Shown: positions 1 to 10,749 of the stretch, piece by piece
Numbering within the stretch: the stretch's first letter is position 1
Layout: each line of letters starts with the position of its first letter
From: Trypanosoma brucei
Taxonomy: Eukaryota
DNA: 64,000 bases
Direction: 5' to 3'
Assembly (NCBI GenBank): GCA_000002445.1
Contig: CM000208.1
Coordinates: 768,001-832,000 of the forward strand
The notes under the pieces: model-generated
What the model saw: only the letters and a program-made list of their open reading frames with translations
Databases searched by the model: none
Told to the model about the DNA's origin: nothing
Translations under genes and position numbers: made by a program

Positions 1-1
1 A

Positions 2-3000
2 GGGGGTGGGAGAGATGAAACCGTGGGTGCGGTTGTTCGTATGTGTGAAAAGGACGTGGAGGAGATCTACTTGCTCCTTCGTATCTGCCTTCAGCTGTCC
101 CTGTACAAACATCACCTAAACGTTTCAGCTCGTATGGCAGACACTTTTGGAGGCACTGGTAATAATACCTTCAAAAGTATTCCCGTACTGGTTTGCCTGA
201 CAATGGCCCGGTGCATGGAAGGAGATAGGCATCTTCCCTTGTGTGTGGAGTGCTTGTGGAATATGCTCGACGTAATCCCCGAGGAGGCTGCAAAGGAAAT
301 ACTCCACCACACCGGAGATGAAAGCGGCGCCCACTTCCAACAGGAAGGAAAAAAACAGAGTGAGTACGCGACCACTAACTCTCCGTTATCCAGATTGTCT
401 GCCACTGAAGCCCTTCTACATTGTCTTTTGCAGTTTCTTGTCTCGGGGCACCGGCTTGAATACCGTGAGCTACGCAATGACATCATTGTGTTGATGCTCA
501 TTGTTCTCCGTACCCATACAGCAGGGCTCAGGCAGCAGGAAGAAACATTGCTGTATAATTCTGAGTTGGAGCACCCAGCCTTACCCCCGGGATCAACTAT
601 CGAGGCTATTACAACCATGGCTAAGACAGTATTCGATCTGGTCTGCGGACCAGAGTTGCAGGTTTTTGGGACAACTGCAGAACTCACACTAGAATCTCCG
701 GAGTTATTCAGGCGGTATCATACTGTGCTCTCCCCCACTACACGAAGAGAAAATTTGCAATTTAAGGTACTTGGTTGGCGCTTTTTGGAAGCCTTTCATG
801 AATGGCAAAACGTCCGGCTCACGTTGGAACTACGTTGCCGCCCACACATGTCACGCACAACGTTGAGCACGCGTGCCCCCGCCCCATCGGGATATGTCTT
901 TGACACAAGCAATACTGTCTTTGATGTGTGCGGTGCCGGATTTGTAGACCTCCTTCTTATGTATGTAGATACGGAGTGCAGTAACGAGCTAGTTCTCGCA
1001 TGGTCAAGAGAAGATTTGCTTACTCTACAGGAGGAGTCATGGAGGGTTATTTTGGCCATGGTTGAGCCCCACGCAGAGCATTCTGTCACTAAGGCCTTTG
1101 AGGGTGTTGGTGCGGATCACACATGGCAAAATGGAAAGGAGGTTAATTTGTTTAGCGGAAACCCCGGTGGAGGTTTGTGGGTTGAGGGTGTTGGGGAAGA
1201 ATGGCCGTTGTTGCAGGCAGATTTGGCCTTTGTTGGAACCAACGGTATCGCATGCGCCATGCGTTACATCCAAGAAACGTGTAACGGCGACACAGAAATG
1301 ATAGGGTACTTAGCAATTCACGTGCTGTCGGTACTCAGTCGCTTTCCCATCCATCGCGAAGCGCTACTCGCCTTGCGGACTCCGGCGCCAACCACAGGTG
1401 AGCCCGTGCCTTTGTTACTCGCGACGACAGTTCAGGTGATTCAGCGGCTGTTTAATCAAGTTGAAAACAGCGCGAAAATAAATAGTAACTCCAACGGGAC
1501 ACGGGGTATGCCAAAGCCCGACGGAATATCAAGGGCAGAATCAGTGCAGCATGTCGTGAGGGATGCCACTGTCTCTAAGGGCAATTATGGGAGCAGCGTG
1601 CGGTGGCAAAAAGACTCAGAGGGAAGGAAGAAAACGCTTAAGGAGTCACAAAGTGTGCAAACGCGACCTGTTCATAAGGGGTCTAGTTTGTTTGCCTTTT
1701 CGAATGCAGGGTGTTCAAGTACACAGAGAACCTACGGCATGTTACAACTCTCAAATACCCATGTATACTTTCCCGCGCAGACAATCAGTGTTTTTCTAAA
1801 GTGTCTTTCGCTATTACACAACGTTGCCGATGGAAGTAGGGATGAGGTGGTCGCAACGCAGAGGGCCTTCATACTAATGGATGGCATAACCCACATTTTG
1901 AGGCTAGTGTGGAACTCACTCACGCCATCGACATCAAACTCGAAGTTTTCTCGATTTCAAGTTGAAGAGAGAAATAAGGAGTTGCTCGCCGCCGCGCTAA
2001 ATTGTGTTCGGGTGTTCCTTATTGGAAATGAGGCGGGTCAAGCCCAGTTTGTCCGTGGAGACGGTGTGAACACGTTACTAACTGTCATTGAGGCCCATTT
2101 GGGGGAAGATTCAGGCCAACTCTTCGATACTGTGGAAGGTGGCCATCCCCCTGCTTTACATCTCACGTTGACCATTTTAGCAGACTTGTTGCGTGAGAAC
2201 GCGGAAGCCCGCGATGCGTTCTTAAAGTGGTTTAACTACACTTCACAAGTAGTGGAAAAAGCAGACGATGGGAAAGTGAATGCTGTGCAGTTGCTGCTCC
2301 GCTTGTGGAATGAAGGTGCTCCTAGCAGTGAAACTCATGACGGTTCACAGCGGGTGGAATCAGGATGCGATGTTTCTTCAGTTGCGACGACTGTGGGTCG
2401 CGAACCGAGGTTACGGAAGCGAGATTTCGATTATCTAAAAATCTCAACAACCTCCACTACACTTACGAAAACATACGATGTGTGTGATGAAGATATCGAT
2501 GATGCTTCGGCTGGACGACCCGCCGTTGCGACCGAGTTACGTCCGAGTTCGTGGGGGCTAAATTCACTTGGTTTGCAGGGTCGTGAGCTTGTCACTGCAG
2601 CTCTGTGGAGGAGATACGCCGATCTGGAGCGGATGGATCGATTCAACACTGAGGCAAGCTCATCTGGGGAGCTTGCTTCTCCGAGAGGTTTCCGGGAACT
2701 GCTTTCAGCGCCCATATGCAAAGTGCTGGGGTTACGCGTAGGTGTGTACGCCTGTTTGGCTGCACTTGGATTCGAGCGCATTTCGGAAGTGAAGGCAAGT
2801 CCCAGTGAGCGGGTGAAGTTGCTACACATTGCTGCTCTAGAGGCATTGTGTAAAGATGAAGTGTGGGGCGCGATTGCGGAATCTGTTGACTTGGCCGGTC
2901 GTGTGGTAATACGCGCAGAGAAGAGGCCATGTACAAGTACTATGGGTTCCTTCTATGGAGGAAAACATCGAAATTCCGTCAGTTTTAGGAATTCCACTTT

Positions 3001-3493
3001 GTTAGTTCCCATCATACCTGACGCCGATAAACTCGTGAGTGTACTGGCGGACGTCGACACACGCGCACGGGAGATGAAACGCTTTGAAGCGGTGACATTG
3101 GATATGCAAGGCGTGCACAATTTCGAAGACCTACATCGCTCTTTACTTGCATTTGTGCGACACGACGACAAGGTCCCTGCTTGCACAATTGCTGAGCAGT
3201 TTAGGAATGGGTGCAAAAAGGCAAGCGCGGTGCGCTTAATCTCCCCTCCCTTAACTGTTCATACGGGAAGTGAAGGTGCCGAAGCTATGAACGATCTGGT
3301 CACCATCGACCAGTATCCCACTTTGTCGGGAAACAATGCTCCAACAACACCAATGGGAAGCTGGCGTCCGTACCTTACCATGCCTACGGGATTTTCCGAG
3401 AAGAAAAGGAAGAAAGAAGCTATGATAAAGAACAGCTTCAAGAGCAGCAAGGCACAATGTAAGAAGTCAATGACGTCTACATGTCACATGTAA
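2..3493 (+). CDS. Large hypothetical protein, 5'-truncated by the window edge. The frame is open from base 2, and the track's M at 23 is a GTG codon.
   Basis: Uninterrupted ORF of more than 1,150 codons, same strand as its neighbours, with a protein-like composition. I recognise no diagnostic motif. Confidence 0.55.
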   Translation, partial: GGGRDETVGAVVRMCEKDVEEIYLLLRICLQLSLYKHHLNVSARMADTFGGTGNNTFKSIPVLVCLTMARCMEGDRHLPLCVECLWNMLDVIPEEAAKEILHHTGDESGAHFQQEGKKQSEYATTNSPLSRLSATEALLHCLLQFLVSGHRLEYRELRNDIIVLMLIVLRTHTAGLRQQEETLLYNSELEHPALPPGSTIEAITTMAKTVFDLVCGPELQVFGTTAELTLESPELFRRYHTVLSPTTRRENLQFKVLGWRFLEAFHEWQNVRLTLELRCRPHMSRTTLSTRAPAPSGYVFDTSNTVFDVCGAGFVDLLLMYVDTECSNELVLAWSREDLLTLQEESWRVILAMVEPHAEHSVTKAFEGVGADHTWQNGKEVNLFSGNPGGGLWVEGVGEEWPLLQADLAFVGTNGIACAMRYIQETCNGDTEMIGYLAIHVLSVLSRFPIHREALLALRTPAPTTGEPVPLLLATTVQVIQRLFNQVENSAKINSNSNGTRGMPKPDGISRAESVQHVVRDATVSKGNYGSSVRWQKDSEGRKKTLKESQSVQTRPVHKGSSLFAFSNAGCSSTQRTYGMLQLSNTHVYFPAQTISVFLKCLSLLHNVADGSRDEVVATQRAFILMDGITHILRLVWNSLTPSTSNSKFSRFQVEERNKELLAAALNCVRVFLIGNEAGQAQFVRGDGVNTLLTVIEAHLGEDSGQLFDTVEGGHPPALHLTLTILADLLRENAEARDAFLKWFNYTSQVVEKADDGKVNAVQLLLRLWNEGAPSSETHDGSQRVESGCDVSSVATTVGREPRLRKRDFDYLKISTTSTTLTKTYDVCDEDIDDASAGRPAVATELRPSSWGLNSLGLQGRELVTAALWRRYADLERMDRFNTEASSSGELASPRGFRELLSAPICKVLGLRVGVYACLAALGFERISEVKASPSERVKLLHIAALEALCKDEVWGAIAESVDLAGRVVIRAEKRPCTSTMGSFYGGKHRNSVSFRNSTLLVPIIPDADKLVSVLADVDTRAREMKRFEAVTLDMQGVHNFEDLHRSLLAFVRHDDKVPACTIAEQFRNGCKKASAVRLISPPLTVHTGSEGAEAMNDLVTIDQYPTLSGNNAPTTPMGSWRPYLTMPTGFSEKKRKKEAMIKNSFKSSKAQCKKSMTSTCHM

Positions 3494-3964
3494 ATATCTA
3501 ACTATCTATATATTATAAAATTATTGTATGAGATCAAACAATAGATGATCCATCTACAGCGTCGCCTTGATATCGCAGCAGTTTCCACATGTAGATCCGG
3601 AAACGAAGGGGGATGTGGTGCCCCAACGTTTCTCAATATTGTAATACTTTATTTGTAAGCTCTGCAACAGAAGAAGGAGGGAAGAATGACACCGACGTCC
3701 GTCATCAGCCTATTCACCGCTGTACGCCCAGCCTATGCTTCACTTTCTGGATATCAGAAGGTGTTTGTTCTGCATAATTTTTTTTGAAATCCTCTATTGA
3801 TTCTTTTGTGTTATCTAAACTCTTTTCTGTTCATTTCGGATATTGTGTTTAGAGCATACAAACACGCACATACGCGGTCGTGGTGATTGTTCACTGTGAG
3901 AACTCTTTTTAGGAAGGGGGGCAAGTAGAAACGAGCGTGGTGAGCCCCGGTGGTAGACGCCTGT

Positions 3965-6271
3965 ATGAGGTTATGGAATAGATTCTCTCGTCTTGGAAAC
4001 CTTTTGTGTGCGTGTGCTGCATGTGGTTGTTCGTTTACACCATGGCGTTGTTCATCGTCTCCATTATTATCGTCTTTCAGTGCATACAACATGAGTAGTG
4101 GGAACAGGGTGACGAGCTCTGTGGGCGGCAGCAGCGGTGCAACTGAGGTATGTCCTTCACATACACCTTTATCGTCTTCGACATTACTCAGATATACCAT
4201 TGCACCATCAGAACCAACTATGGGCTCGCCTTGGCAAACCAGTGAGGAAAGTGCTTCTCGTCGACTGGCTGCTCTCACATCCTACCCACCATCTAACATT
4301 CGCAACGTCGCCGTTGTGGCACACGTAGACCACGGGAAGACAACATTAAGTGATGTTTTGCTCAGGCGAACCGGCGTGCTAAAGGGCTCTGTCAACGCAG
4401 GAGCTTATACTGATAGGCTGCTTGTTGAGCGGGAGCGCGGCATCACAGTGAAGTCACAAACATGTTCCATGTTTCTGAAGTACGGCGGCTCAGAGTTCTT
4501 GCTCAACTTGATTGACACGCCAGGTCATGTGGATTTCCAGTATGAAGTGTCACGTAGTGTGCGAGCGGCACAGGCTGTGCTTCTGCTCGTTGATGTGGCA
4601 CAGGGGATTGAGGCGCAAACGATGTCCCATTTCCACATGGCATTGGATCAAGGATTGGCCATAATCCCCGTTTTCACCAAAATGGATTGCGTGCTCAACG
4701 ACACAACGGTTGATGCTGCGCTACAACAACTCGAAGACTCCACAGGTCTACTGCGAAGTGAAGTGGTCTTTACCAGTGCAAAGGAGCAACTGGGGGTGGA
4801 GGCACTGTTGCAAGCTATCATTGAGCGCGTGCCTTCACCAAGTGGTGCAATAGGGCTGTCGGACGTGTGCCAACTTCCTCCTCTTTTACCAGGCAGCACA
4901 GCCCGCGTGGCAATGGAGGCTGAGATGGTGCCACTGCGAGCCATCTTACTTGACTCGTGGACGAGGGAATGCGGTGGTGGACTCTATCGTCCGCCCTCAA
5001 AAACGAGCAGCGCCTTAAGCGGGAATGTAAAGATCGATGAAGATAAGGACACCGTCACATGTCTCGTATCTGTCATTGATGGAACTCTCACCGCGCGTAC
5101 TAACATACTGCTGTATCATTCACAGAAACGCTACGAAGCTCGAGAAGTTGGAGTAATACATCCCGAACTTCGGCCCACTGGTGCCCTAACTGTTGGAATG
5201 GTTGGCTACGTTGTGTTTACTCGCGTCCAGCGCGAGGACTTTTCGGTTGGAGAAACACTTTACACACTTCCCACGCGAAAGTTCACGCGGGGAGGCATAG
5301 CACCTGTTCCCGGCTTCAGGCGCGTGCACCCTGTTGTGTTTGCGGGGTTTTACCCAGACGAGGGAGAATACGTTACACAGTTGCGTGAAGCGGTGGAGAA
5401 GCTTCGAATGAATGATCCTGCTGTTACCGTTGAACCCCTCGAGTGCCAGGCACTTGGCTCTGGCCTACAGTTGGGTTTTCTCGGTGTGTTGCATATGCAA
5501 ATCTTTCAGGAACGCCTACTCTCCGAATTCGGGCAGCGTGTTCTCGTAACGCCACCTGTTGTTCAGTACAAGTACCGCGAAGCTGCCGGTGGCGATGACC
5601 AGCCGCCCAAACCCCTCTCGGTCCACACGTGGCGGTGGCTCCACGAGGGAGTGTCATGTTACATGGAACCTCACGTTACTGCCACAGTAGTCACACCGAG
5701 TGAGTATGCACAAATCATCGATGGCGAAGCGCAGAGGCACTATCGCGGGAAGCAGTTGGATATGCGAGTGATGGATGATGCCCGTGTCCTCCTGCGCTAC
5801 AAAATGCCCCTCGCGGATATGGTGCGGGGTTTCTTTACTTTTGTGAAGAGTCAGTCCCACGGCTATGCGTCACTGGAGTACGATGAACTGGTGTATGAAG
5901 AAGCGGATTTGGTACGCGTAGACATCGTGGTGCAGAAGGCCCGTATCTCTGCGCTTGCCGTTATCTGTCCACGACACGAGGCACCATCGGTAGGAAAGCG
6001 TATAGTAGCGAGCCTAAAGTCCAATCTCACACGCACTGCTGTGGACATCCCCCTACAGGCACTAGTTGGGAGCAAGGTAGTTGCGAGGGAAACGGTTAGG
6101 GCGTACCGCAAGGATGTGACAGCAAAAATACACGCGGGTGACATCTCACGCAAACAGAAAAAGTGGAACGACCAGAAAAAGGGGAAGGAACGCATGGCGC
6201 GGCGCACGGTTGGAGGCGTAACACTTGATCAGTCGGTCCTCGCCGCAGCAATGGGTGCCACTGCATTGTGA
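3965..6271 (+). CDS. GUF1: Translation factor GUF1 (LepA/EF4 family GTPase), probably mitochondrial.
   Basis: Contains G1 '[12 protein letters not shown]', G3 'DTPGHVDF' and the LepA C-terminal domain. The track ORF begins at a GTG (3950), so I use the first in-frame ATG at 3965. Upstream of the GTPase core is an S/R-rich extension ([12 protein letters not shown]...) that looks like a presequence. The precise start is uncertain. Confidence 0.85.
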   Translation: MRLWNRFSRLGNLLCACAACGCSFTPWRCSSSPLLSSFSAYNMSSGNRVTSSVGGSSGATEVCPSHTPLSSSTLLRYTIAPSEPTMGSPWQTSEESASRRLAALTSYPPSNIRNVAVVAHVDHGKTTLSDVLLRRTGVLKGSVNAGAYTDRLLVERERGITVKSQTCSMFLKYGGSEFLLNLIDTPGHVDFQYEVSRSVRAAQAVLLLVDVAQGIEAQTMSHFHMALDQGLAIIPVFTKMDCVLNDTTVDAALQQLEDSTGLLRSEVVFTSAKEQLGVEALLQAIIERVPSPSGAIGLSDVCQLPPLLPGSTARVAMEAEMVPLRAILLDSWTRECGGGLYRPPSKTSSALSGNVKIDEDKDTVTCLVSVIDGTLTARTNILLYHSQKRYEAREVGVIHPELRPTGALTVGMVGYVVFTRVQREDFSVGETLYTLPTRKFTRGGIAPVPGFRRVHPVVFAGFYPDEGEYVTQLREAVEKLRMNDPAVTVEPLECQALGSGLQLGFLGVLHMQIFQERLLSEFGQRVLVTPPVVQYKYREAAGGDDQPPKPLSVHTWRWLHEGVSCYMEPHVTATVVTPSEYAQIIDGEAQRHYRGKQLDMRVMDDARVLLRYKMPLADMVRGFFTFVKSQSHGYASLEYDELVYEEADLVRVDIVVQKARISALAVICPRHEAPSVGKRIVASLKSNLTRTAVDIPLQALVGSKVVARETVRAYRKDVTAKIHAGDISRKQKKWNDQKKGKERMARRTVGGVTLDQSVLAAAMGATAL

Positions 6272-7229
6272 CAATAAAATTATGAGGAGAGAACCGTTTG
6301 TAGAAACGGGGGAAGAGAAGTCAAGGAACATGTATGCGAGTATCTGTGGGGTTGCCGGTGAAAAGATTATGGGATCACATGAGGAAACGTCAGTCGTGGC
6401 CCCATCCCACTGACACTTGCAGGGAGCGGCAGTTAAAGGATTTCTCATTGTTTTTTCCCCTCTCCTGTTCCTTATATTCGTTGATGTCTTAGCGCTGCAC
6501 TGCGGCATTTAATACCATTGTTATTGCTGCCAGTGGTCACATTAGGTGTCATCGTAATCTCCTTTTTCTATGTTTTACCTCGCTTCGTCTCTACTTTCTG
6601 TTTTGCAATCATTCGTCTAACAAAAATAAGAAATAAGACCGAAAAAGCAACACCACTCTATCGTAGAAACAGTTTCATATCGCATCATTATTATTATTAT
6701 TAGCACTCAATTACTATTAGTGATAACCAAGGGGAGATAGAAGGGAGGTATATATATTTTTTTATTTATTTATTTATAGGTCTTGTGGATTCCAACTAGT
6801 GTATCGGTTTTAATTTTCGGCTAGGAACGATAGGATTAGGGGAAAAGACACGTTTTCAGGAGTAGGGGCTGCAACGAGTGAAAACAAAGTGGGGAATAGG
6901 TGATACCCTTTTTTTTCTCCGATAGTAACTTGCTTATTTTTATTATTACTTTCTCTTGTAAAGAAGCTTTATCGGCAAAGGAAGGTAATATTTGCAATAT
7001 TATCTCATTTTGCCTATATTTGAGGGAAAAAGTGAGGGTGGGAAACGCACAACACAAACAAACAAGCAGTTAGTCTGTTGCAATTCAACTTCCTTCAAAG
7101 GAAGATAACATAGCGTACAAGAAACCGAGAGAGAAAAAATCACGAAGAAGGAACGAAAAACATATATAGTATATAGTATACAGTGTATATTTATTTCTAA
7201 TAAAACGGATAAAGTGAAGGAGAGGTTCC

Positions 7230-7577
7230 ATGCTGCCCCTCCGTGTACTACCATTCATCGCTGCAGGCGGTTACGCCTCCCAATTACGCTTCTACAGCGA
7301 GGGGAAGCCAACTGAAGGACACAGAAAGATCAACCTGGACGATGATGAGAGGTGGATCGAGGCGGAGTTCGACGAAAAACTTCGGTCTCCAGAAGAACGA
7401 TATGCACTCGAACGACAGCGCGAGACAATGAAGGGACTCATCAAGAAAATACGCAACGAACACAAACAGCACATGCACGAATCTGTACGCGAGAGGGACG
7501 CTCAAATTGACAACCTCAAAGAGCAAATACAGACAATGGAAAAGAAACTACAGCAGTTAACGAACGAGAAGCAATAG
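7230..7577 (+). CDS. IF1: Mitochondrial F1-ATPase inhibitor IF1-like protein (115 aa).
   Basis: ATG start. The N-terminus (MLPLRVLPFIAAGG...) resembles a presequence. The C-terminal half is a coiled coil with 'EERYALERQRE...HKQHMHE...' that parallels the 'EEERYFRARAKEQ...HHENEISHH' region of bovine IF1. The size matches IF1 proteins. Confidence 0.5.
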   Translation: MLPLRVLPFIAAGGYASQLRFYSEGKPTEGHRKINLDDDERWIEAEFDEKLRSPEERYALERQRETMKGLIKKIRNEHKQHMHESVRERDAQIDNLKEQIQTMEKKLQQLTNEKQ

Positions 7578-7628
7578 GAAGGAGCAGGCGTCATTCGCAA
7601 GAGCTCTACCACAATGTTAACAAACATG

Positions 7629-7652
7629 TAAAACCGCCATTATATATATATA
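7629..7652. repeat. (TA)12 microsatellite.
   Basis: Direct reading of the sequence. It lies in the IF1 3' flank, just upstream of repeat copy A. Confidence 0.9.
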
Positions 7653-7719
7653 TATATATATAAGCAACGAGCGTAACGTTTTTTCTTTAGCTAAAATGGT
7701 CTCAATTTCCTATAAAACG

Positions 7720-7740
7720 TTTCTTTTTTTTTTTTCACCT
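7720..7740 (+). promoter_or_regulatory. Polypyrimidine tract, a putative trans-splicing and polyadenylation signal between IF1 and repeat copy A.
   Basis: 'ttcttttttttttttcacctcc' contains a T12 run. Kinetoplastid SL trans-splice acceptor sites lie just downstream of such tracts. This is an inference, and no AG acceptor has been mapped. Confidence 0.3.
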
Positions 7741-7759
7741 CCAAAATATTATCACTACT

Positions 7760-8893
7760 GTGACAAATCATGAAAACTGCTATTATTGTTATTTTTTATT
7801 TATTACTTCTTCATTTCCACTCAAAATAATATTTTTTCATGCACTTTCCATCAGTTGCAACCCTTCCTCACCATGTCACACCAAAACGGCCACCACTCCA
7901 ACAAGGTTTTCTATTCGGGTCACTGTGGAACTACGAATCCGACACAACTGGGGCAGCACGTGGCAGGACCAAGTGAAAGGCAACGCGTGCATTGAAACAG
8001 TGCTTGATGTGGGCCTCTTGATATTTGTCTGCAGAGTTTTGTCTTTGTTCACACTTCGGTGGTGTTGCCTTCATGTGCATGTTCCCCGCATTTGTTACTT
8101 ACTCTCGTCTATTGCCTCTCTTTGGTTTTTAACAATAAGGCAATATCATCAAATACTGTGCAGGGATGGACATAAAAAGGAAACTGAATTTGACCTCGTT
8201 GGGGTGTGGGTTTCATTTGAGAGGGACTGTAGAAGTCTCTCGGTAAGTCAAGGTTGGATCGCACTGCTACGGTACTACCTGCAAGTAACGGAACTCATCC
8301 TGTGCAACCTGCAGAAGGATAAAGAAATTTGGGATAATGCCCACACGTTGTTAAATACTGCATTTACTTTTGTGCAGCTGCGGGAGTACTATGAGTCGAG
8401 ACATAGAAGTGACGAAGGTGCACTCGCTGCTGATATACGAAAGTTCTGCCGGAACAACCTAAACAATTTGGTTCCTAATATACGACGGCTCTCACAGTCC
8501 TTTCCATCCGCACAGGATAGCACGGAGGTTAGGAAGCTGTCCCAACGAGTTGAGTGGAGAGACCTTCTACACAAACTCCCAGAGTCAATTAATTCTGTGT
8601 ATTTTGAAGCAGAAGTGAGGGAAGCCAAGGAGTTTGCCAAAAGGGGCGTCGAGGGCAGTGAAAAGGCTCGGGCAGAGTCATTGAAGAAGCATCTCGAACA
8701 AATTGACAATATGTCGACCGAGGACACTTTGAGGAATATCAATAAAACCATCAACCTCTCTGGTGGGTGCTGGTATAAATGCCCTAAAAGACACCTTTAT
8801 GTTGTCGGAGAGTGTGGCAGCCCTGCAGGGGAAGGAATAGGTGGGGTGGGCCACATCTCATTCCCTGGCAATACATCTGTTGGGAGGTTTTAG
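7760..8893 (+). CDS. Hypothetical protein with a C-terminal RZ-finger-like motif (copy A); start unresolved.
   Basis: The ORF opens at a GTG, and there is no in-frame ATG for about 950 nt. The first 160 codons are C/W/L/R-rich and look like translated UTR. From about 8315 onward the sequence is protein-like, ending 'CWYKCPKRHLYVVGECGSPAGEGIGGVGH'. That resembles the RZ zinc finger of ZNFX1/RNF213 ('CPNGH.Y.IG.CG...IGG..H') but lacks the internal CxxC pair. It is duplicated at 24081..25136. Confidence 0.4.
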   Translation: MTNHENCYYCYFLFITSSFPLKIIFFHALSISCNPSSPCHTKTATTPTRFSIRVTVELRIRHNWGSTWQDQVKGNACIETVLDVGLLIFVCRVLSLFTLRWCCLHVHVPRICYLLSSIASLWFLTIRQYHQILCRDGHKKETEFDLVGVWVSFERDCRSLSVSQGWIALLRYYLQVTELILCNLQKDKEIWDNAHTLLNTAFTFVQLREYYESRHRSDEGALAADIRKFCRNNLNNLVPNIRRLSQSFPSAQDSTEVRKLSQRVEWRDLLHKLPESINSVYFEAEVREAKEFAKRGVEGSEKARAESLKKHLEQIDNMSTEDTLRNINKTINLSGGCWYKCPKRHLYVVGECGSPAGEGIGGVGHISFPGNTSVGRF

Positions 8894-10574
8894 GAACCGG
8901 GAGGGTGTCATAGTGGACGAACTATTTCCTGTTGTAATGATAAGTGGAATGGAATATAATGTAATATGTGATGATGTGAAGTATGGAGCATAATTTGAAT
9001 GGAACTAATGATGGAATGGGGTTTTTGTGGATAGGAGTGCATCTCCTGTTGATCATGCAATCCATATCCCTTAATGAGGGCACAGCACTCCTTATTAGTA
9101 CTTTTACTTTTACTTTGCTTTTGCTTTTTCTTTTTTTGCTTTTGCTTTTGCTTGTTCTGTGAATGCTATCATTGGGTGTCTTATGCCCTTGCTTCTGTCG
9201 TTTGGCTGCTTTTGTTACTTTGTCAGCCACTTACTATATTACCATCCTTTACCTTAATTCTACCTCTCTTGCACACATACCACAACTGGGATACTAAAAG
9301 GGGGGTTATTGAACGGTAACAAACAAAATAACTCGTGCTCTGATTAATTGCATCGCAACGTGGTGGTTTCGAGATGTTCCATCCCCAATTGGTGGCGGGT
9401 GGTGCCAATCGCGCTGCACCGGCAGAGGAGCTACGCGACACAGCCGAGACGGTGCAGATATCGTCTTTGGCATTGCTCAAAATGCTGATGCACGGGCGCG
9501 CTGGGGTGCCGCTCGAGGTAATGGGTTTGATGATTGGTGAGTTGATTGACGACTATACGGTCCGTGTATCTGATGTCTTCTCCATGCCTCAAACGGCCAC
9601 GGGTCAATCCGTTGAAGCTGTGGACCCAGAGTATCAAGTTCATATGTTAGACAAACTCTCCGTGGTGGGTCGACCGGAAAAAGTTGTTGGGTGGTACCAC
9701 AGTCACCCTGGTTTCGGCTGCTGGCTTTCTGGTGAGGATGTAATGACGGCGAGCAGCTATGAGCAACTGACGCCGCGCAGCGTGTCGGTAGTGATCGACC
9801 CTATCCAATCGGTCCGCGGCAAAGTAGTAATTGACGCCTTCCGCACCACGAAGGACCCGCATACGGGGCCGCGAATCATGTTCCAAGAGCCACGACAGAC
9901 AACAAGCAACATCGGGTGGCTGACGCGACCTTCTCCTATTGCTCTCACCCGTGGGTTGGATCGTGACTATTACAGTCTTCCCATTACCTTCCGCAAGAAA
10001 AACCACGAACTTGCGCTACTCCTCAACGTCTACAAGAAGGGTTGGCAGGAGGGTTTCCGATTAGAAAACATGACACGTTTTGATCGCAATACGGTGCGAG
10101 AGAAGATGCGTGCGCTGGCGTCGCTTGCCGTCCAGTCGGAGCGATTCATTGTTCAGGGTCTCGATGAAGATGATGTAGGCAATGTCGGTCGAGCAAATCC
10201 CATTGCGCATCTCCAATCCGAATCGGAGGGCCTAATCAACGCGAGTCTTAACCAATCCATAGGAGCGATGATTAATGGGGTTGTCTTCTGAGGAAACAGG
10301 GTACATTGCGTGTGCTCCAGCTATTACTGACCATACTTTTTATATGCGCTACCGTATTGATTTTTTATCACCCTCTCTATAACGTTTACGGGGTGTTATG
10401 CTCCTTTTCTGCACTCCCGTTTCTGTGACAATGTGGCGTGATTACAATCAGCACAGGATGGCATTTGCTAGTGATGTGGTGTCATCTTCGTGAATGGCAT
10501 GTCATTTGTTTGTGGTGGGGTAATTACTCGTCCTGAATTTCCTAGTGATTCTACAAACATATCTCTGCAATACC
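7845..10574 (+). repeat. Segmental direct repeat, copy A (2,730 bp: RZ-like gene, RPN11 and its 3' flank).
   Basis: Aligns base-for-base with 24088..26817 at a constant offset of 16,243 bp. I saw about 6 mismatches over the unit. The left boundary lies next to a T12 run and a (TA)12 microsatellite. The right boundary is about 35 bp upstream of the next ORF. Confidence 0.9.
9374..10291 (+). CDS. RPN11: 26S proteasome regulatory subunit RPN11 (PSMD14), a JAMM/MPN+ metalloisopeptidase (copy A).
   Basis: ATG start. Contains the JAMM motif 'GWYHSHPGFGCWLSGEDV'. Shows PSMD14-like blocks along its length ('VIDPIQSVRGKVVIDAFR', 'EPRQTTSNIGWLTRPS'). Confidence 0.9.
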   Translation: MFHPQLVAGGANRAAPAEELRDTAETVQISSLALLKMLMHGRAGVPLEVMGLMIGELIDDYTVRVSDVFSMPQTATGQSVEAVDPEYQVHMLDKLSVVGRPEKVVGWYHSHPGFGCWLSGEDVMTASSYEQLTPRSVSVVIDPIQSVRGKVVIDAFRTTKDPHTGPRIMFQEPRQTTSNIGWLTRPSPIALTRGLDRDYYSLPITFRKKNHELALLLNVYKKGWQEGFRLENMTRFDRNTVREKMRALASLAVQSERFIVQGLDEDDVGNVGRANPIAHLQSESEGLINASLNQSIGAMINGVVF

Positions 10575-10749
10575 TCACTTCCATATTCCTTTAATTGCTC
10601 TAATCCCGGTGATTGCTCGTTGCGATCCCAGTGTCGTGTGCCCAACGCACTTAGTGACACTCAGGACAAGTGGTGAAGGGGGCGAAAAGCTTTTATTCTA
10701 CCGTCTCCGATTGGGTGAAGCAGGGTATCGAAACTATCGTCTACTGCAT

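Noticed and set aside
7786-7995. 69-aa ORF containing the first ATG inside the repeat (MSHQNGHH...), as an alternative start for the duplicated gene.
   Set aside because: It terminates after 40 residues from that ATG, in a different frame from the RZ-like C-terminal region. There is no way to join the frames without invoking splicing.
8243-8314. Intron-like 72-nt segment inside the duplicated gene (GTAAGT at its 5' end, and a Y-rich tract plus CAG at its 3' end, with length a multiple of 3).
   Set aside because: Cis-introns are almost absent in trypanosomatids, with only a couple of known genes carrying them. Removing it stays in the same ATG-less frame, so it does not rescue a start codon, and the ORF reads through it anyway. 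It is more likely a chance match, or the Y-tract plus AG is a trans-splice acceptor.
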